Assembly: GCA_964291315.2 (NCBI GenBank)
Contig: OZ219753.1
Span: forward strand, 2,560,001 to 2,624,000
DNA: 64,000 bases
Origin: Candidatus Poribacteria bacterium
GTDB lineage: Bacteria > Poribacteria > WGA-4E > WGA-3G
Direction: 5' to 3'
The notes beneath the pieces were generated by a model. It saw only the letters and a program-made list of their open reading frames with translations, made no database searches and was not told where the DNA came from. The number at the start of each line of letters is the position of its first letter. Positions within the stretch are counted from its first letter, which is position 1. Position numbers and translations under genes: made by a program. This document shows positions 20,188 to 30,300 of this stretch, one piece after another.

Positions 20188-22334
20188 TGAAAAAACCGAC
20201 TTCTATAGGGCTTCTCATTGTCACACTGATTGCTTGTTTTGTTGTGTGGGGAGATCCCGCTACATTCGCAAAACCACATGAAGAGCTCATCTACGAACCG
20301 ATTGAATTTAAGCCGCCTGTTCCACAAAAACGGACGCTCTCCAACGGCATGACGCTCTATCTTATAGAAGATCACGAGTTGCCCCTTTTCAATATTAACG
20401 GTTTAATTAAAACCGGCGACATTTATGATCCAGCGGACAAGGTGGGCTTGGCATCTATATTTGCAAGCGTCATGCGGACAGGCGGGACGGTATCCCGCGA
20501 ACCGGACGCGCTGAACGAGGAATTGGAGTCTATGGCGGCTTCTGTTGAGGTCGGGATGTCCCGCGAGTACGGCACAATTAATCTCTCAACGCTCACAGAA
20601 GACATCGAAAAAGGCTTAGAAATCTTTGCCGATGTACTCAGAAATCCTGCGTTTCGTGAAGACAAATTGGAACTCAGAAAACAACAGTCAATTGAGCGCA
20701 TCCGCCGCCGCAACGATAATCCTATCCAGCTTGCATTGCGTAACTTCTCTGCTCTGCTCTACGGAACGGATCACCCGTTCGGATGGTATACCAAAACCGA
20801 GGGCATAAATAGTATCACTGTTGATGACCTTAGAGCGTTTCATGCTAAGTACTATCACCCCAACAATATGATGCTTGCAATTACCGGTGATTTTGATACG
20901 GACACTCTGATTACACAACTAGAAAGAGTTTTTGACGGATGGGAAACGACTGAGATCACATTCTCTGATGTTCCGACAGTGGATGCTACCGCCAAACCGT
21001 CTGTCAATTATATCTTTAAAGATCTGCCGCAAACAACGATATTAATCGGGCATTTCGGTATCAAACGCACACCGGATTTTCCCGACTTCTTCGCGCTCCG
21101 CGTCATGAATGAAATTCTGGGTGAAGGCGGATTTACTTCCCGTCTGATGACGGAAGTACGGGAGAAACATGGACTTGCTTATATGGTCGGGAGTCGTATG
21201 CGCACATCGTACTACACGAATCCGGGCGAATGGTTCGCTTATTCACAGACGCGTACCGAGAAAACGGCAGAAGCGATCTCGCTCATCATTGATGTCGTCA
21301 AAGAGCTTCGGGATGTGCCTGTGCCAGAGGCTGAATTGCAGCGTACCAAAGATTCGCTTATCAATTCGTTTGTTTTTGGTTTCGAAAGTAGTGCACAGAT
21401 TGCTTTCCAACAGATGATACTTGCCTATCGCGGGTATGCCCCAGATTTTCTTGAAACCTATACCGATAATATCGCTATGGTCACAGTGGACGATGTACAG
21501 GCGGTTGCACAAAAATATCTGCATCCAGACGCAATCACGATTGTTGCTGTCGGGAATAAAGCCAATTTCGATCGCCCGCTTGATGAGTTCGGAGCGGTTA
21601 ACGAAATTGAGATAGAGCAACCCAAACCGCCTCCTGCTGAACTGATGCCTGAAGTGAACGAAGCTGATGTAGCAAAAGCTCGGGAAATCCTGGCCGCTGC
21701 TGTCGAAGCACATGGGGGTCTCTCGAGATTGCAAGCGGTGAAAAATATTGTCGCGGAAGGACGTACTGCCGCAAACTCACCGATGGGGCAAATGCAAGTC
21801 GAGGGCAAATCATACTATGTTTATCCTGACAAATTCAGACAGGATGTCGACACACCGCAAGGTGAAATGAGCTATATTTTTGATGGCAGCGCCGGGTTTG
21901 CTTTGACACCAATGGGGGTTCAACCGCTGCCTCCTGATATGGCTAACTCTTTTAAAGATGCCGTTTTTCGGGAGACCTTATGGCTTTTGGTAAATCTTTC
22001 ACAAAACGAGATTTCGGTTCAGTATGCTGCTACAGAAGAGGTACAAGGTAAACCTGCGCACGTTCTCCTTGTGCCACAACCATCTGGCGATGTTCTCAGG
22101 CTCTTTGTGACAGAGGAGACACATTATGTCGTAAAACTCGCTTATCGCGAAACAGCACAAGGTGTTGTGAGGAACAGAGAATCGATCATGGATGATTATC
22201 GCGATGTTGACGGTGTTAAAGTCGCCCATCATGTTATTCAGAACGTAGAAGGTCAACTTTTCTCCGAGAGTTGGATAACAAATGTCACATTGAACGCAGA
22301 ACTTGACGATGCCCTGTTTCAGGCACCAGAGTGA
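20187..22334 (+). CDS. M16 peptidase partner subunit (no HxxEH) with a beta-rich C-terminal extension
   Basis: TLSNG, YHPNN and SRL...VREKHGLAY motifs; TAATG coupling to the upstream gene. Confidence 0.85.
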   Translation: MKKPTSIGLLIVTLIACFVVWGDPATFAKPHEELIYEPIEFKPPVPQKRTLSNGMTLYLIEDHELPLFNINGLIKTGDIYDPADKVGLASIFASVMRTGGTVSREPDALNEELESMAASVEVGMSREYGTINLSTLTEDIEKGLEIFADVLRNPAFREDKLELRKQQSIERIRRRNDNPIQLALRNFSALLYGTDHPFGWYTKTEGINSITVDDLRAFHAKYYHPNNMMLAITGDFDTDTLITQLERVFDGWETTEITFSDVPTVDATAKPSVNYIFKDLPQTTILIGHFGIKRTPDFPDFFALRVMNEILGEGGFTSRLMTEVREKHGLAYMVGSRMRTSYYTNPGEWFAYSQTRTEKTAEAISLIIDVVKELRDVPVPEAELQRTKDSLINSFVFGFESSAQIAFQQMILAYRGYAPDFLETYTDNIAMVTVDDVQAVAQKYLHPDAITIVAVGNKANFDRPLDEFGAVNEIEIEQPKPPPAELMPEVNEADVAKAREILAAAVEAHGGLSRLQAVKNIVAEGRTAANSPMGQMQVEGKSYYVYPDKFRQDVDTPQGEMSYIFDGSAGFALTPMGVQPLPPDMANSFKDAVFRETLWLLVNLSQNEISVQYAATEEVQGKPAHVLLVPQPSGDVLRLFVTEETHYVVKLAYRETAQGVVRNRESIMDDYRDVDGVKVAHHVIQNVEGQLFSESWITNVTLNAELDDALFQAPE

Positions 22335-22570
22335 AAGCATTAGATTTACGTGTTGGCTATTTTCAGAATAGCACGTCCGCAGATGAGCCATGTCTTGAAT
22401 AGCGTATCTATCTCACAAAATATACTCTGTTTTCAGGGTCGGCGAGGCGTTTTTGCCTCGCCTTTCCAAATACTCTGTATTCCTCAGACTTTGAAGGATG
22501 TCACTTGCAGACGTAGCTCAAATGTCAAAGGCGAAAAGTCCTTGCACATTTTCCAGAAGTGTGAGTCAGC

Positions 22571-23290
22571 TTAGGAAGGCAAAACAAATGCGTTTTTGAA
22601 CTTTCGGAACCATGAAATAAAAAGTGTCACAGCCTTTGGATCCTGACGTTTAGGCGAAAGCTGATAAATCCCTTCACCTCTGCCATCGTAAGATAGGGTA
22701 TAGAACCCTTGAGTCTGCCGTCCGATGGCGATGAATCCAACAGCCTTGCCAGTGTACTGCTCTGTTCCAACGTACTTGTAACCTATAGAAATAGCAATAA
22801 ATCCATAGGCATTGCTAGTGCTAATCGCTATAAATCCAACTGCAGCTGTACTTGCTATGGAGATCAAGCCACAGGAACCTATTCCACCTATCGCAATGAT
22901 ACCACAAGAGCTACCGCCACTTATCGCAATGATGCCACAGGAGCTACCGCCACTTATCGCAATGATACCACAGGAGAAGATCCCAATTGAAATAATTCCA
23001 GGTGCTACCACTCCCACCTCTGTTATATAACGCAAGCCCAATTCATCTAATAGTAGGAATTTGCCCGCCTCCCATACATGTAGAAAGCCGGTGATGTCAA
23101 CCTTTGTCATCTCTAAGTACAAGGCAATTCCATATACTGCAAAAGTTAGGGAAATCAAGATAACTGCGCCCGCAGAAATAGTATTGAATTTCCGAACGTA
23201 CCTATTAAAGGTCATTCGGAATATTTCCGGATCAAACGGATGGTCGTAGATTTGGTCAGTTTTGGCTTGTTTTTCTAAGGTTTTTGACAT
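22571..23290 (-). CDS. Membrane protein with G-I/F-I-A-I repeats, function unknown
   Basis: GGAGG RBS; N-terminal TM segment; repeated (C)GIIAIS/GG units. Confidence 0.65.
   Translation of the reverse strand: MSKTLEKQAKTDQIYDHPFDPEIFRMTFNRYVRKFNTISAGAVILISLTFAVYGIALYLEMTKVDITGFLHVWEAGKFLLLDELGLRYITEVGVVAPGIISIGIFSCGIIAISGGSSCGIIAISGGSSCGIIAIGGIGSCGLISIASTAAVGFIAISTSNAYGFIAISIGYKYVGTEQYTGKAVGFIAIGRQTQGFYTLSYDGRGEGIYQLSPKRQDPKAVTLFISWFRKFKNAFVLPS
22889..22976. repeat. 33-bp in-frame tandem repeat (about 2.7 copies)
   Basis: Unit tatcgcaatgat(a/g)ccaca(a/g)gagctaccgccact starts at 22889, 22922 and 22955. Confidence 0.9.
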
Positions 23291-23338
23291 TTATCTTTCC
23301 TCCACTAAACGCCGCAAGGGTGGGATTGTGCTCCACTT

Positions 23339-25234
23339 TTAATCAGCGGAGACAGTTTCTAATGGTGGAAGTTCTGGATAATTCCCACGGGCGTTTCGCC
23401 AAGCGATGACCCCTTCAGCGATCATCCATATCTGCAATGCCTCTACAGCAACACCAAATCCGAAAAGTAGATATTGGCCGGTGAAGAGCCAGCCTGTTTC
23501 TGGATTGAGCATCTGATGGAGCATCGCCCACGCGGGCATAATCAACATGACAATCATTGGGAGGAATGCAAACCAGATAGGCTTGTTACGCCGCAGGAGA
23601 TAAAAAACAATTACCATGAAGGCTAAGCCTGCTAAGAGTTGATTCGTTGCCCCGAAAAGGGGCCAAAGCGTCAAATCACCGCTCCCGGGCCCGCTCGGTC
23701 CCTGTAATAAGGCAACAACTGCAGCGAGCACTAGCGCGAACGCCGTCGCGGTGTAACGATTCGTCAACGGTTTGAAGTTAAGGGTGTGCGCCAATTCATG
23801 AATGACGTACCGCTGGAGTCGTGTAGCTGTATCGAGCGTTGTTGCAGCGAAACTTGCGACTAGTACCGCCATGATTGAAATGCTCATTTTGAGCGGAATA
23901 CCCAACGATGCAAGAAAATTTCCACCTCCATCAACAAACGCACTCACCTTTGCCTTGAGGCCATGGTTTGCCCAACCGCCAACGGTCTGTGTTGTGCCGT
24001 CGGCATTTGTCACCATTTTACTCTTGGCATAGCGAGTTTTCCACGCCTCTTGATTGGTAAGAGGGGCTGTGTTTTCTGCGTTGACAATGGGTTCAAAGGT
24101 GTAACTTGCCCCCGTGCCAGTGCGATTGAAAATGCCCATACCGATGCCGGCACAGCAAGCGAGGATAACAATAACAGCGAGACCTCCTTCAAGGAGCATC
24201 GCCCCGTAGCCTACATATTGGGCATCACTTTCAGACGCAACCTGTTTGCTAGTGGTGCCGGAACTCACCATGCAGTGGAAACCACTGACGGCACCACAGG
24301 CGATTGTAATAAAAAGGAAGGGCCAAATCGGTGGTGCGTCGGGTGGAATGTCGGAAGCGACAGCGGGTGCTGAAGCTGCCAAGTCCGCTCTGCCCGTGAG
24401 TCCCGCGACAGCGAGTCCAAGCATAAGTAAAAGGAGCGCCAATACCAATTCGTGGCTATTAATGAAATCTCTCGGTTGCAAGAGGGTCCAGACAGGCAGT
24501 ACTGAAGCGATAAAACAGTAGATAAAAAGCACCAGTGTCCAGATCACTACGACGTTCAGATAAGTTTGCTCGAGTAGCGGGATACCGAACCATTCGCCTA
24601 AATCAATAGGGAAGATATAGGCACCGACTGCCATCGCAATGTACATGATACCGAGGGCAATAAGAGAGGGCACGAGGATATTACCGCCTCTGCGATAAAT
24701 CCAGAGGCCGATGGCCACGGCGAGGGGAATTTCGACCCAAACAGATAGAACAGATTCGGGGTAGTAGGAGAAAATTAGGGCGATAACTAGACCGAAGATA
24801 GCGAGGACAAGGGTAAGCCCCATAAAGAGTACAAAAAGGAAGAGAAATTTCGCGCGGGGCCCAATCATTCTACCTGCAACTTCACCCACGCTCTGTCCTC
24901 GGTTGCGCAGGGAGACAACGAGCGCACCGAAGTCATGAACGGCCCCAATAAACACTGAGCCGAGAATAACCCATAGTAGTGCCGGCAGCCATCCCCAAAA
25001 GACTGCGATCGCGGGGCCTACGATCGGCCCTGTGCCAGCAATGCTAGTAAAATGATGGCCAAAAATGACCTCTTTTTTCGTAGGGACATAGTCAACATCA
25101 TCTTGTAATTGTTGACTCGGCACTGTTGCTTGTGCATCCAAGCCAAAAATTTTTCTCGCCAACCATTTGCCGTATGTATGATAGGCGGCGATGAAGCCCA
25201 CGAAACTCAAGATCGCAATAATCAGTGTATTCAT
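23339..25234 (-). CDS. cstA: Carbon starvation protein A family transporter
   Basis: FGHHFTSIAGTGPIVGP, LLQPRD, TIACGAVSGFH, TTLDTATR and LWPLFGATNQLL motifs. Confidence 0.92.
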   Translation of the reverse strand: MNTLIIAILSFVGFIAAYHTYGKWLARKIFGLDAQATVPSQQLQDDVDYVPTKKEVIFGHHFTSIAGTGPIVGPAIAVFWGWLPALLWVILGSVFIGAVHDFGALVVSLRNRGQSVGEVAGRMIGPRAKFLFLFVLFMGLTLVLAIFGLVIALIFSYYPESVLSVWVEIPLAVAIGLWIYRRGGNILVPSLIALGIMYIAMAVGAYIFPIDLGEWFGIPLLEQTYLNVVVIWTLVLFIYCFIASVLPVWTLLQPRDFINSHELVLALLLLMLGLAVAGLTGRADLAASAPAVASDIPPDAPPIWPFLFITIACGAVSGFHCMVSSGTTSKQVASESDAQYVGYGAMLLEGGLAVIVILACCAGIGMGIFNRTGTGASYTFEPIVNAENTAPLTNQEAWKTRYAKSKMVTNADGTTQTVGGWANHGLKAKVSAFVDGGGNFLASLGIPLKMSISIMAVLVASFAATTLDTATRLQRYVIHELAHTLNFKPLTNRYTATAFALVLAAVVALLQGPSGPGSGDLTLWPLFGATNQLLAGLAFMVIVFYLLRRNKPIWFAFLPMIVMLIMPAWAMLHQMLNPETGWLFTGQYLLFGFGVAVEALQIWMIAEGVIAWRNARGNYPELPPLETVSAD

Positions 25235-25282
25235 AAACCGAGCTCCAACTTTTTCAAGGTCGTGCCCGCGAACTGATTCTGT

Positions 25283-26452
25283 TTATCGAACACCGGTTAA
25301 GATTTCAAATGTCAGTTGATCCAATTTTTCGTATCCGAGCCCCTTCTGGGCGAGGGTATCTGGTTCAAAGTCTATTTTTCTCAGTTTGCCCACGTTTTCA
25401 GCGTTGTAGTGTGCCATAAGTGTTTCGAGTTCGGCATCTCGTGCATGCAATTCGGAGAGAATCCCTTGAATTTCAGCGTCTTCATTGAATCGAGTCGCCT
25501 TCTCTTTGAGTATCAGATAACTCCGCATACATCCTACGGCGAAGTCCCAGACCCCTTTTTCATCTTCAGTTCGGTAGGCGTGGGCGTCAAAGTGTCGGTT
25601 ACCGTTCCAGTTGACATCTTCCAAGAACTTGACAAGGAAGAACGCGCCTTTGATGTTTTCGGAGCCGAACCTCAGGTCTTGATCGAAGCGACTCATCTTT
25701 TGATCGTTCAGATCGATATGAAACAGTTTTCCGGCTTCGTATGCTTGAGCAACGCCGTGGACGAAGCTTAACCCTGCCATCGTTTCATGCGCGAATTCAG
25801 GGTTAACGCCGACTATTTCGGGGTGTTCGAGCGTTTCAATGAAGTGAAGCATGTGTCCGGTTGTCGGTAGGTAGATGTCGCCGCGCGGTTCATTCGGCTT
25901 CGCTTCAAGTGCAAAGCGGAGGTCGTAGCCTTGGTCTTTAACGTAGTGTGTGAAGTAGTTGATCGCTTCACGGTTCCACTTGACAGTATCTGGCCCGTTT
26001 TTAGCAGCCTCCACTTCTGATCCTTCACGCCCGCCCCAGAACACATAAACTGTTGCACCGAGTTCTACGCCGAGGTCAATAGCGTTCAACGTTTTCTGGA
26101 TCGCAAAGGCTCTTACTTTTGGATCGTTAGCGGTAAACGCACCATCTTTAAAGATTGGATGATAAAAGAGGTTTGTTGTTGCCATCGGCACTTTCATGCC
26201 GTGGTCCCGGAGCGCTTGTTTGAATTCACTAACGATTTTATCGCGCTCGACAGCTGTGGCATCAAAGGGGACCAGGTCGTTATCGTGCAGATTGACACCA
26301 TACGCGCCAAACTCGCTTAATTTTTCGACAGTGTAGGTAGGTTCCAAGGGGGGCCTGACAACATCACCGAATGGATCGCGTCCCGGGTTACCGACAGTCC
26401 ACAATCCAAAGGTGAACTTATGCTCAGGCTTAGGCTGATACTGTTCTGACAT
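25283..26452 (-). CDS. xylA: Xylose isomerase (class I)
   Basis: FTFGLWTVG...[24 protein letters not shown] and FDQDLRFG motifs. Confidence 0.95.
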   Translation of the reverse strand: MSEQYQPKPEHKFTFGLWTVGNPGRDPFGDVVRPPLEPTYTVEKLSEFGAYGVNLHDNDLVPFDATAVERDKIVSEFKQALRDHGMKVPMATTNLFYHPIFKDGAFTANDPKVRAFAIQKTLNAIDLGVELGATVYVFWGGREGSEVEAAKNGPDTVKWNREAINYFTHYVKDQGYDLRFALEAKPNEPRGDIYLPTTGHMLHFIETLEHPEIVGVNPEFAHETMAGLSFVHGVAQAYEAGKLFHIDLNDQKMSRFDQDLRFGSENIKGAFFLVKFLEDVNWNGNRHFDAHAYRTEDEKGVWDFAVGCMRSYLILKEKATRFNEDAEIQGILSELHARDAELETLMAHYNAENVGKLRKIDFEPDTLAQKGLGYEKLDQLTFEILTGVR

Positions 26453-26486
26453 ACATTCACTCCTATTGTTTGTTATTTTGGGCGAA

Positions 26487-26500
26487 GTTCGTAAACGAAC
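26487..26500. promoter_or_regulatory. Palindromic operator candidate just downstream of the xylA promoter
   Basis: GTTCGT-AA-ACGAAC perfect inverted repeat; promoter on the minus strand TTGCAA-18 nt-TATAAT (about 26508-26537). Confidence 0.55.
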
Positions 26501-26704
26501 ATGTAGAATTATACCACACTCCTCGAATTTGTTGCAAATTTTTATCGGAGTACCTCATGTTCTACCTTTCTATTGGATTCAGTAGCGGAGTCGAAGGGCG
26601 GAGAGGTTTATAAAGGTTGGCCCTCATGCTCAGAAACCAATCTCAGGTTTATAATTTGTGGTCGCGAGTTTAACACAGTCACCAGGACTTGTATGTATAA
26701 CGCA

Positions 26705-28036
26705 TTACGCATCGAGATGTGTCCCAATTTGTTTCAGGACCTCTTCATAGTCTGCTTCCAGCTCAAGCGGCGCGTTCAAGTAACGGGGCGGCGGCTCGTC
26801 AGGCGCGACCTTGTGATATGCTACTTTGAAATCCGGGAATTTGAGACCGTTGGCAGTAGAAATTACGATCACTTTGTCGTTTTGTTGTATCTGTCTACGC
26901 TCAACCATTTTTATCAAAACAGCCAAGGCTACGCCGGTATGTGGGCAATTGAATAAGCCTGTTCTGTCTGCTCTCGCTGCGGCATCCGCTAATTCTGCTT
27001 CTGTTGCTTGGTCAACGATGCCATCAAATCGTTTCAAAATTCGGGTTGCACGATGGATTGATACCGGATTTCCAATCTGAATGGCTGTGGCTTGTGTAGC
27101 TTGTGCGGTGATGGCCTGGAACTCCGTGAACCCCGTTTGGTAGCTTCGATAGAGTGGATTTGCGCGTTCAGCTTGTGCACAAGCGATGCGGGGGAGCTTG
27201 TCAATGATACCGAGTTCCAACATCATTAGGAAGCCTAAGCCAAGTGCGGAGACGTTGCCGAGGTTGCCCCCCGGAATAATGATCCAATCCGGGACCTCCC
27301 AATTGAACTGCTGCACAATTTCAATACTGACTGTTTTTTGGCCTTCAATGCGGATAGAGTTAATGGAGTTCGCGAGGTAGAAATCTTTTCGAGCAGCCAG
27401 CTTTTGAACGATCGCCATGCAGCCGTCGAAATCCGTCTCGAGTGAGAGCGTCAATGCCCCGTTAGCAATCGGCTGAATTAGTTGTTCGCGTGTAACCTTC
27501 GCTTTTGGCAAGAGGATAATTGCGGGGATGCCGGCTGCGGACGCGTAGGCCGCCAGAGAGGCGGATGTATCACCGGTGGAGGCGCACATAACGGCGCGGA
27601 TACTTGCAGATTCAGCGATTATTTGTTTGACCATTGAGACGAGGACCGTCATACCAAGATCTTTAAAAGAGCCTGTGTGACTGTTACCACACTGCTTAAT
27701 CCAGAGGTCGTTTAAGCCGAGGTGTTCGCCGAAACGTTCTGCCCAGAACAGATTGGTTCCGCCCTCATACATAGAAATGACGTTAGCGTTGTCAACATTC
27801 GGGCAGACTAGTTCCTTTTTCCCCCAGACACCGCTGCCATACGGGTACTGCGTCCGCATATAGCGATTTTCAAAGAGTGATTTCCAATCCGCAGCATGCC
27901 GTTCTTTAAGCACTTCTACGTCGTGCTGCACCTCTAACAAGCCGTCGCAGTTTCGGCATCGATAGATAATTTCTGTGAGCAGGTAGGTTTCACCGCAGCC
28001 TTCACTGCACTGAAACCAAGCGTTATAATCCATCAC
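26705..28036 (-). CDS. thrC: Threonine synthase (plant/spirochaete-like)
   Basis: HTGSFKDLG, CASTGDTSA, PGGNLGN, AIQIGNP and CPHTGVA motifs. Confidence 0.92.
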   Translation of the reverse strand: MMDYNAWFQCSEGCGETYLLTEIIYRCRNCDGLLEVQHDVEVLKERHAADWKSLFENRYMRTQYPYGSGVWGKKELVCPNVDNANVISMYEGGTNLFWAERFGEHLGLNDLWIKQCGNSHTGSFKDLGMTVLVSMVKQIIAESASIRAVMCASTGDTSASLAAYASAAGIPAIILLPKAKVTREQLIQPIANGALTLSLETDFDGCMAIVQKLAARKDFYLANSINSIRIEGQKTVSIEIVQQFNWEVPDWIIIPGGNLGNVSALGLGFLMMLELGIIDKLPRIACAQAERANPLYRSYQTGFTEFQAITAQATQATAIQIGNPVSIHRATRILKRFDGIVDQATEAELADAAARADRTGLFNCPHTGVALAVLIKMVERRQIQQNDKVIVISTANGLKFPDFKVAYHKVAPDEPPPRYLNAPLELEADYEEVLKQIGTHLDA

Positions 28037-28671
28037 TCTGTGCTTTCCTCCGGGCCGGTTGGCAGCAGTTCTTGAGGCGGTTCGTTGCCGTTTGACGCGC
28101 TAAGGAGCTCCTCAATCTCATCTAATGAAGGTAGTTCAGAGGCATCCTTCAATCCGAATTGTTTAAGAAACTCATCGGTTGTTGAGAAGAGAAGAGAACG
28201 TCCTGCTTTTCTACCGGCGATCGAAACAAGGCGTTTCTCAACCAACGAATTGAGTACGCTATCGCTATTTACGCCTCGAATCGCTGCTACATCTGCTCGA
28301 GTGACGGGCTGTTTGTAAGCAACTATAGCGAGCGTCTCTAACGCAGATGGTGATAGGGTGACGCGAACCTGCTGGGTATAGAACTTCTGAATCCACGCAG
28401 AATAGTGCGGAGACGTGCAAATTTGATACCCGTTCGCAATTTCAAAAAGACGAAAACTTCGGTCCATCTCTTGGTAGTCCTTACAGAGTTCAGTAAGTCC
28501 CTTTCGGATAACCCGTGCGTCTAATCCGTGTAACACCGTTTGAAACTGTTTTACTGAAATCGGTTCACTTGCAGCGAACAGAATCGCTTCCAAAACTGAC
28601 TTGAGGGTTTTGCCTGACAACGAAGCCGGGTCATCTATTGGGTCTACAACGGTAACATATTCAGAATCCAT
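28033..28671 (-). CDS. scpB: SMC-Scp complex subunit ScpB
   Basis: LEAILF, LSPSALETLAIVAYKQPVTR, IRGVNS and TTDEFL...LPSL motifs. Confidence 0.93.
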   Translation of the reverse strand: MDSEYVTVVDPIDDPASLSGKTLKSVLEAILFAASEPISVKQFQTVLHGLDARVIRKGLTELCKDYQEMDRSFRLFEIANGYQICTSPHYSAWIQKFYTQQVRVTLSPSALETLAIVAYKQPVTRADVAAIRGVNSDSVLNSLVEKRLVSIAGRKAGRSLLFSTTDEFLKQFGLKDASELPSLDEIEELLSASNGNEPPQELLPTGPEESTE

Positions 28672-28681
28672 AAGCTAATTC

Positions 28682-29563
28682 CTAATAACCTTGTTCTTTT
28701 GAACGAGGTGTTTCTACGGGCGGAGGCGGCGCAATTTGTCGATTGAGCCCTTCCTGCTCCTGTTTAACGATATAGATACTCTCAAAATGGTCGGTCTGAA
28801 CGGTAACAACCTTCTTGATCCGGATAAGTTCTAAGATAGCAAGGAAGGTAACGATCCGATCTACCTTACTTGAGGATAATAAAAATAGATCCTCAAAGAG
28901 CAGCTCGTTCGCGTTTGTCAACTGTTGGTCTATAAAGGCGATTTTGTCTTCAACGGTGATTGTTTCTTCTTCAACCGTTTCGTACATTTCCTCGATATCT
29001 ATCTCTGCAGCGCGGTCATTGATATTTTTGAAAGCGGAGAGTAGATCGAAGAGGGTCGCTTTGATTTCAAATTCGCGTGTTCCATCTAAATCTGCATGCA
29101 ATTTGGGGCTTCTGCTGTAAAGTAAAGTACTGCGTTCAGCATAAATATCCAGTGCATGAGCTGCCTCTTTGAACCTTTTATATTCTAAAAGTTGATGGAC
29201 AAGCTCTGTCTGATCGCCAAGTGTATATTCAGCATCTGCTGTCAGTTTCGGAAGGATACTCTGCGATTTAATATGGAGAAGGGTTGCCGCCATCACCAAA
29301 AATTCGGAGGCAACGTCCAAGTCCAACTGCTCCATTAAGTTGATGTACTCCAGATACCGATCCGTGATCTGTGATATCTGAATGTCATAAATATTCATCT
29401 CTTCTTTTTCGATGAGATGGAGTAGGAGGTCCAAAGGCCCCTCAAATCCGTCTAACTTGACAGAATATATTGAGCGGATGGATATAAGATCGGGATCTTG
29501 GCTTTCTGGCGTTTGAGTTGTTTTGGTTAACATATGTACTACTTCATCTGGAATGTAAGTCAA
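28682..29563 (-). CDS. scpA: Segregation/condensation protein A (start may be 29533)
   Basis: FEGPLDLLLHLI, FLVMAATLLHIKS and TFLAILEL motifs. Confidence 0.93.
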   Translation of the reverse strand: MTYIPDEVVHMLTKTTQTPESQDPDLISIRSIYSVKLDGFEGPLDLLLHLIEKEEMNIYDIQISQITDRYLEYINLMEQLDLDVASEFLVMAATLLHIKSQSILPKLTADAEYTLGDQTELVHQLLEYKRFKEAAHALDIYAERSTLLYSRSPKLHADLDGTREFEIKATLFDLLSAFKNINDRAAEIDIEEMYETVEEETITVEDKIAFIDQQLTNANELLFEDLFLLSSSKVDRIVTFLAILELIRIKKVVTVQTDHFESIYIVKQEQEGLNRQIAPPPPVETPRSKEQGY

Positions 29564-29619
29564 GGGGGCTATATAATTGAAATGAGCAAGCTGGAACTTC
29601 GGTTAAAAAAGTCTGCTGC

Positions 29620-30300
29620 TCATCGTAAACCGACAATTGTTGCGATCAAATTGAATATCGCGTAACTGATGTCACTCAAGAACCCGAATATGTTCAGCAT
29701 GGGCAGGAAATATGGTAGAAAGATAAGAGACATCAGAATTGGCATACCGTACGGCATCAATTTTTCAAATTGACGTGCAGCGCCTGCTGGAAGCAAGCCC
29801 CGGACAACACTGAATCCGTCCAACGGAAAAAGTGGAAGCATATTAAACGCTGCGAGGAATACACTGATAAGCGCCGTACGAATGACTTGCCTGTGTATCT
29901 CTGCGTGAAGTAGAGAGCCGCGTGGACTAAAATCCGTGAATTCCACGACTATCCTTAGCCCCCCCAAAATCACGAAAGTGAGAAGGATGTTCATGAAAGG
30001 CCCTGCGGCTGCAATTATCATCAGATCCTGTCTCGGGTTCTTTAGGTTGTACGGGTTGACCGGCACCGGTTTAGCCCAACCAAAGAAAGCGCCTCCAAAA
30101 AGTGTTCCGAGGAGCGGGAGTATTACCGTGCCGATAATGTCAATGTGAACCCCCGGATTTAGTGACATTCGTCCCTGATGGCGCGCCGTCGGATCCCCTA
30201 ACATATCCGCTGATTTGGCGTGTCCCCATTCGTGAAAGGTCAACAGAATAATAAACTGTGTAACCGTAAGGATCGCAGCGAAAGGATCAAGATTTGACAT
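29620..30300 (-). CDS. Site-2 protease (M50) family
   Basis: HEWGH, GWAKPVP, AAGP and FNMLPLFPLDG motifs. Confidence 0.92.
   Translation of the reverse strand: MSNLDPFAAILTVTQFIILLTFHEWGHAKSADMLGDPTARHQGRMSLNPGVHIDIIGTVILPLLGTLFGGAFFGWAKPVPVNPYNLKNPRQDLMIIAAAGPFMNILLTFVILGGLRIVVEFTDFSPRGSLLHAEIHRQVIRTALISVFLAAFNMLPLFPLDGFSVVRGLLPAGAARQFEKLMPYGMPILMSLIFLPYFLPMLNIFGFLSDISYAIFNLIATIVGLR

Noticed and set aside
22889-22976. 33-bp repeats as a CRISPR array
   Set aside because: No spacers, in-frame coding repeat, and no cas genes
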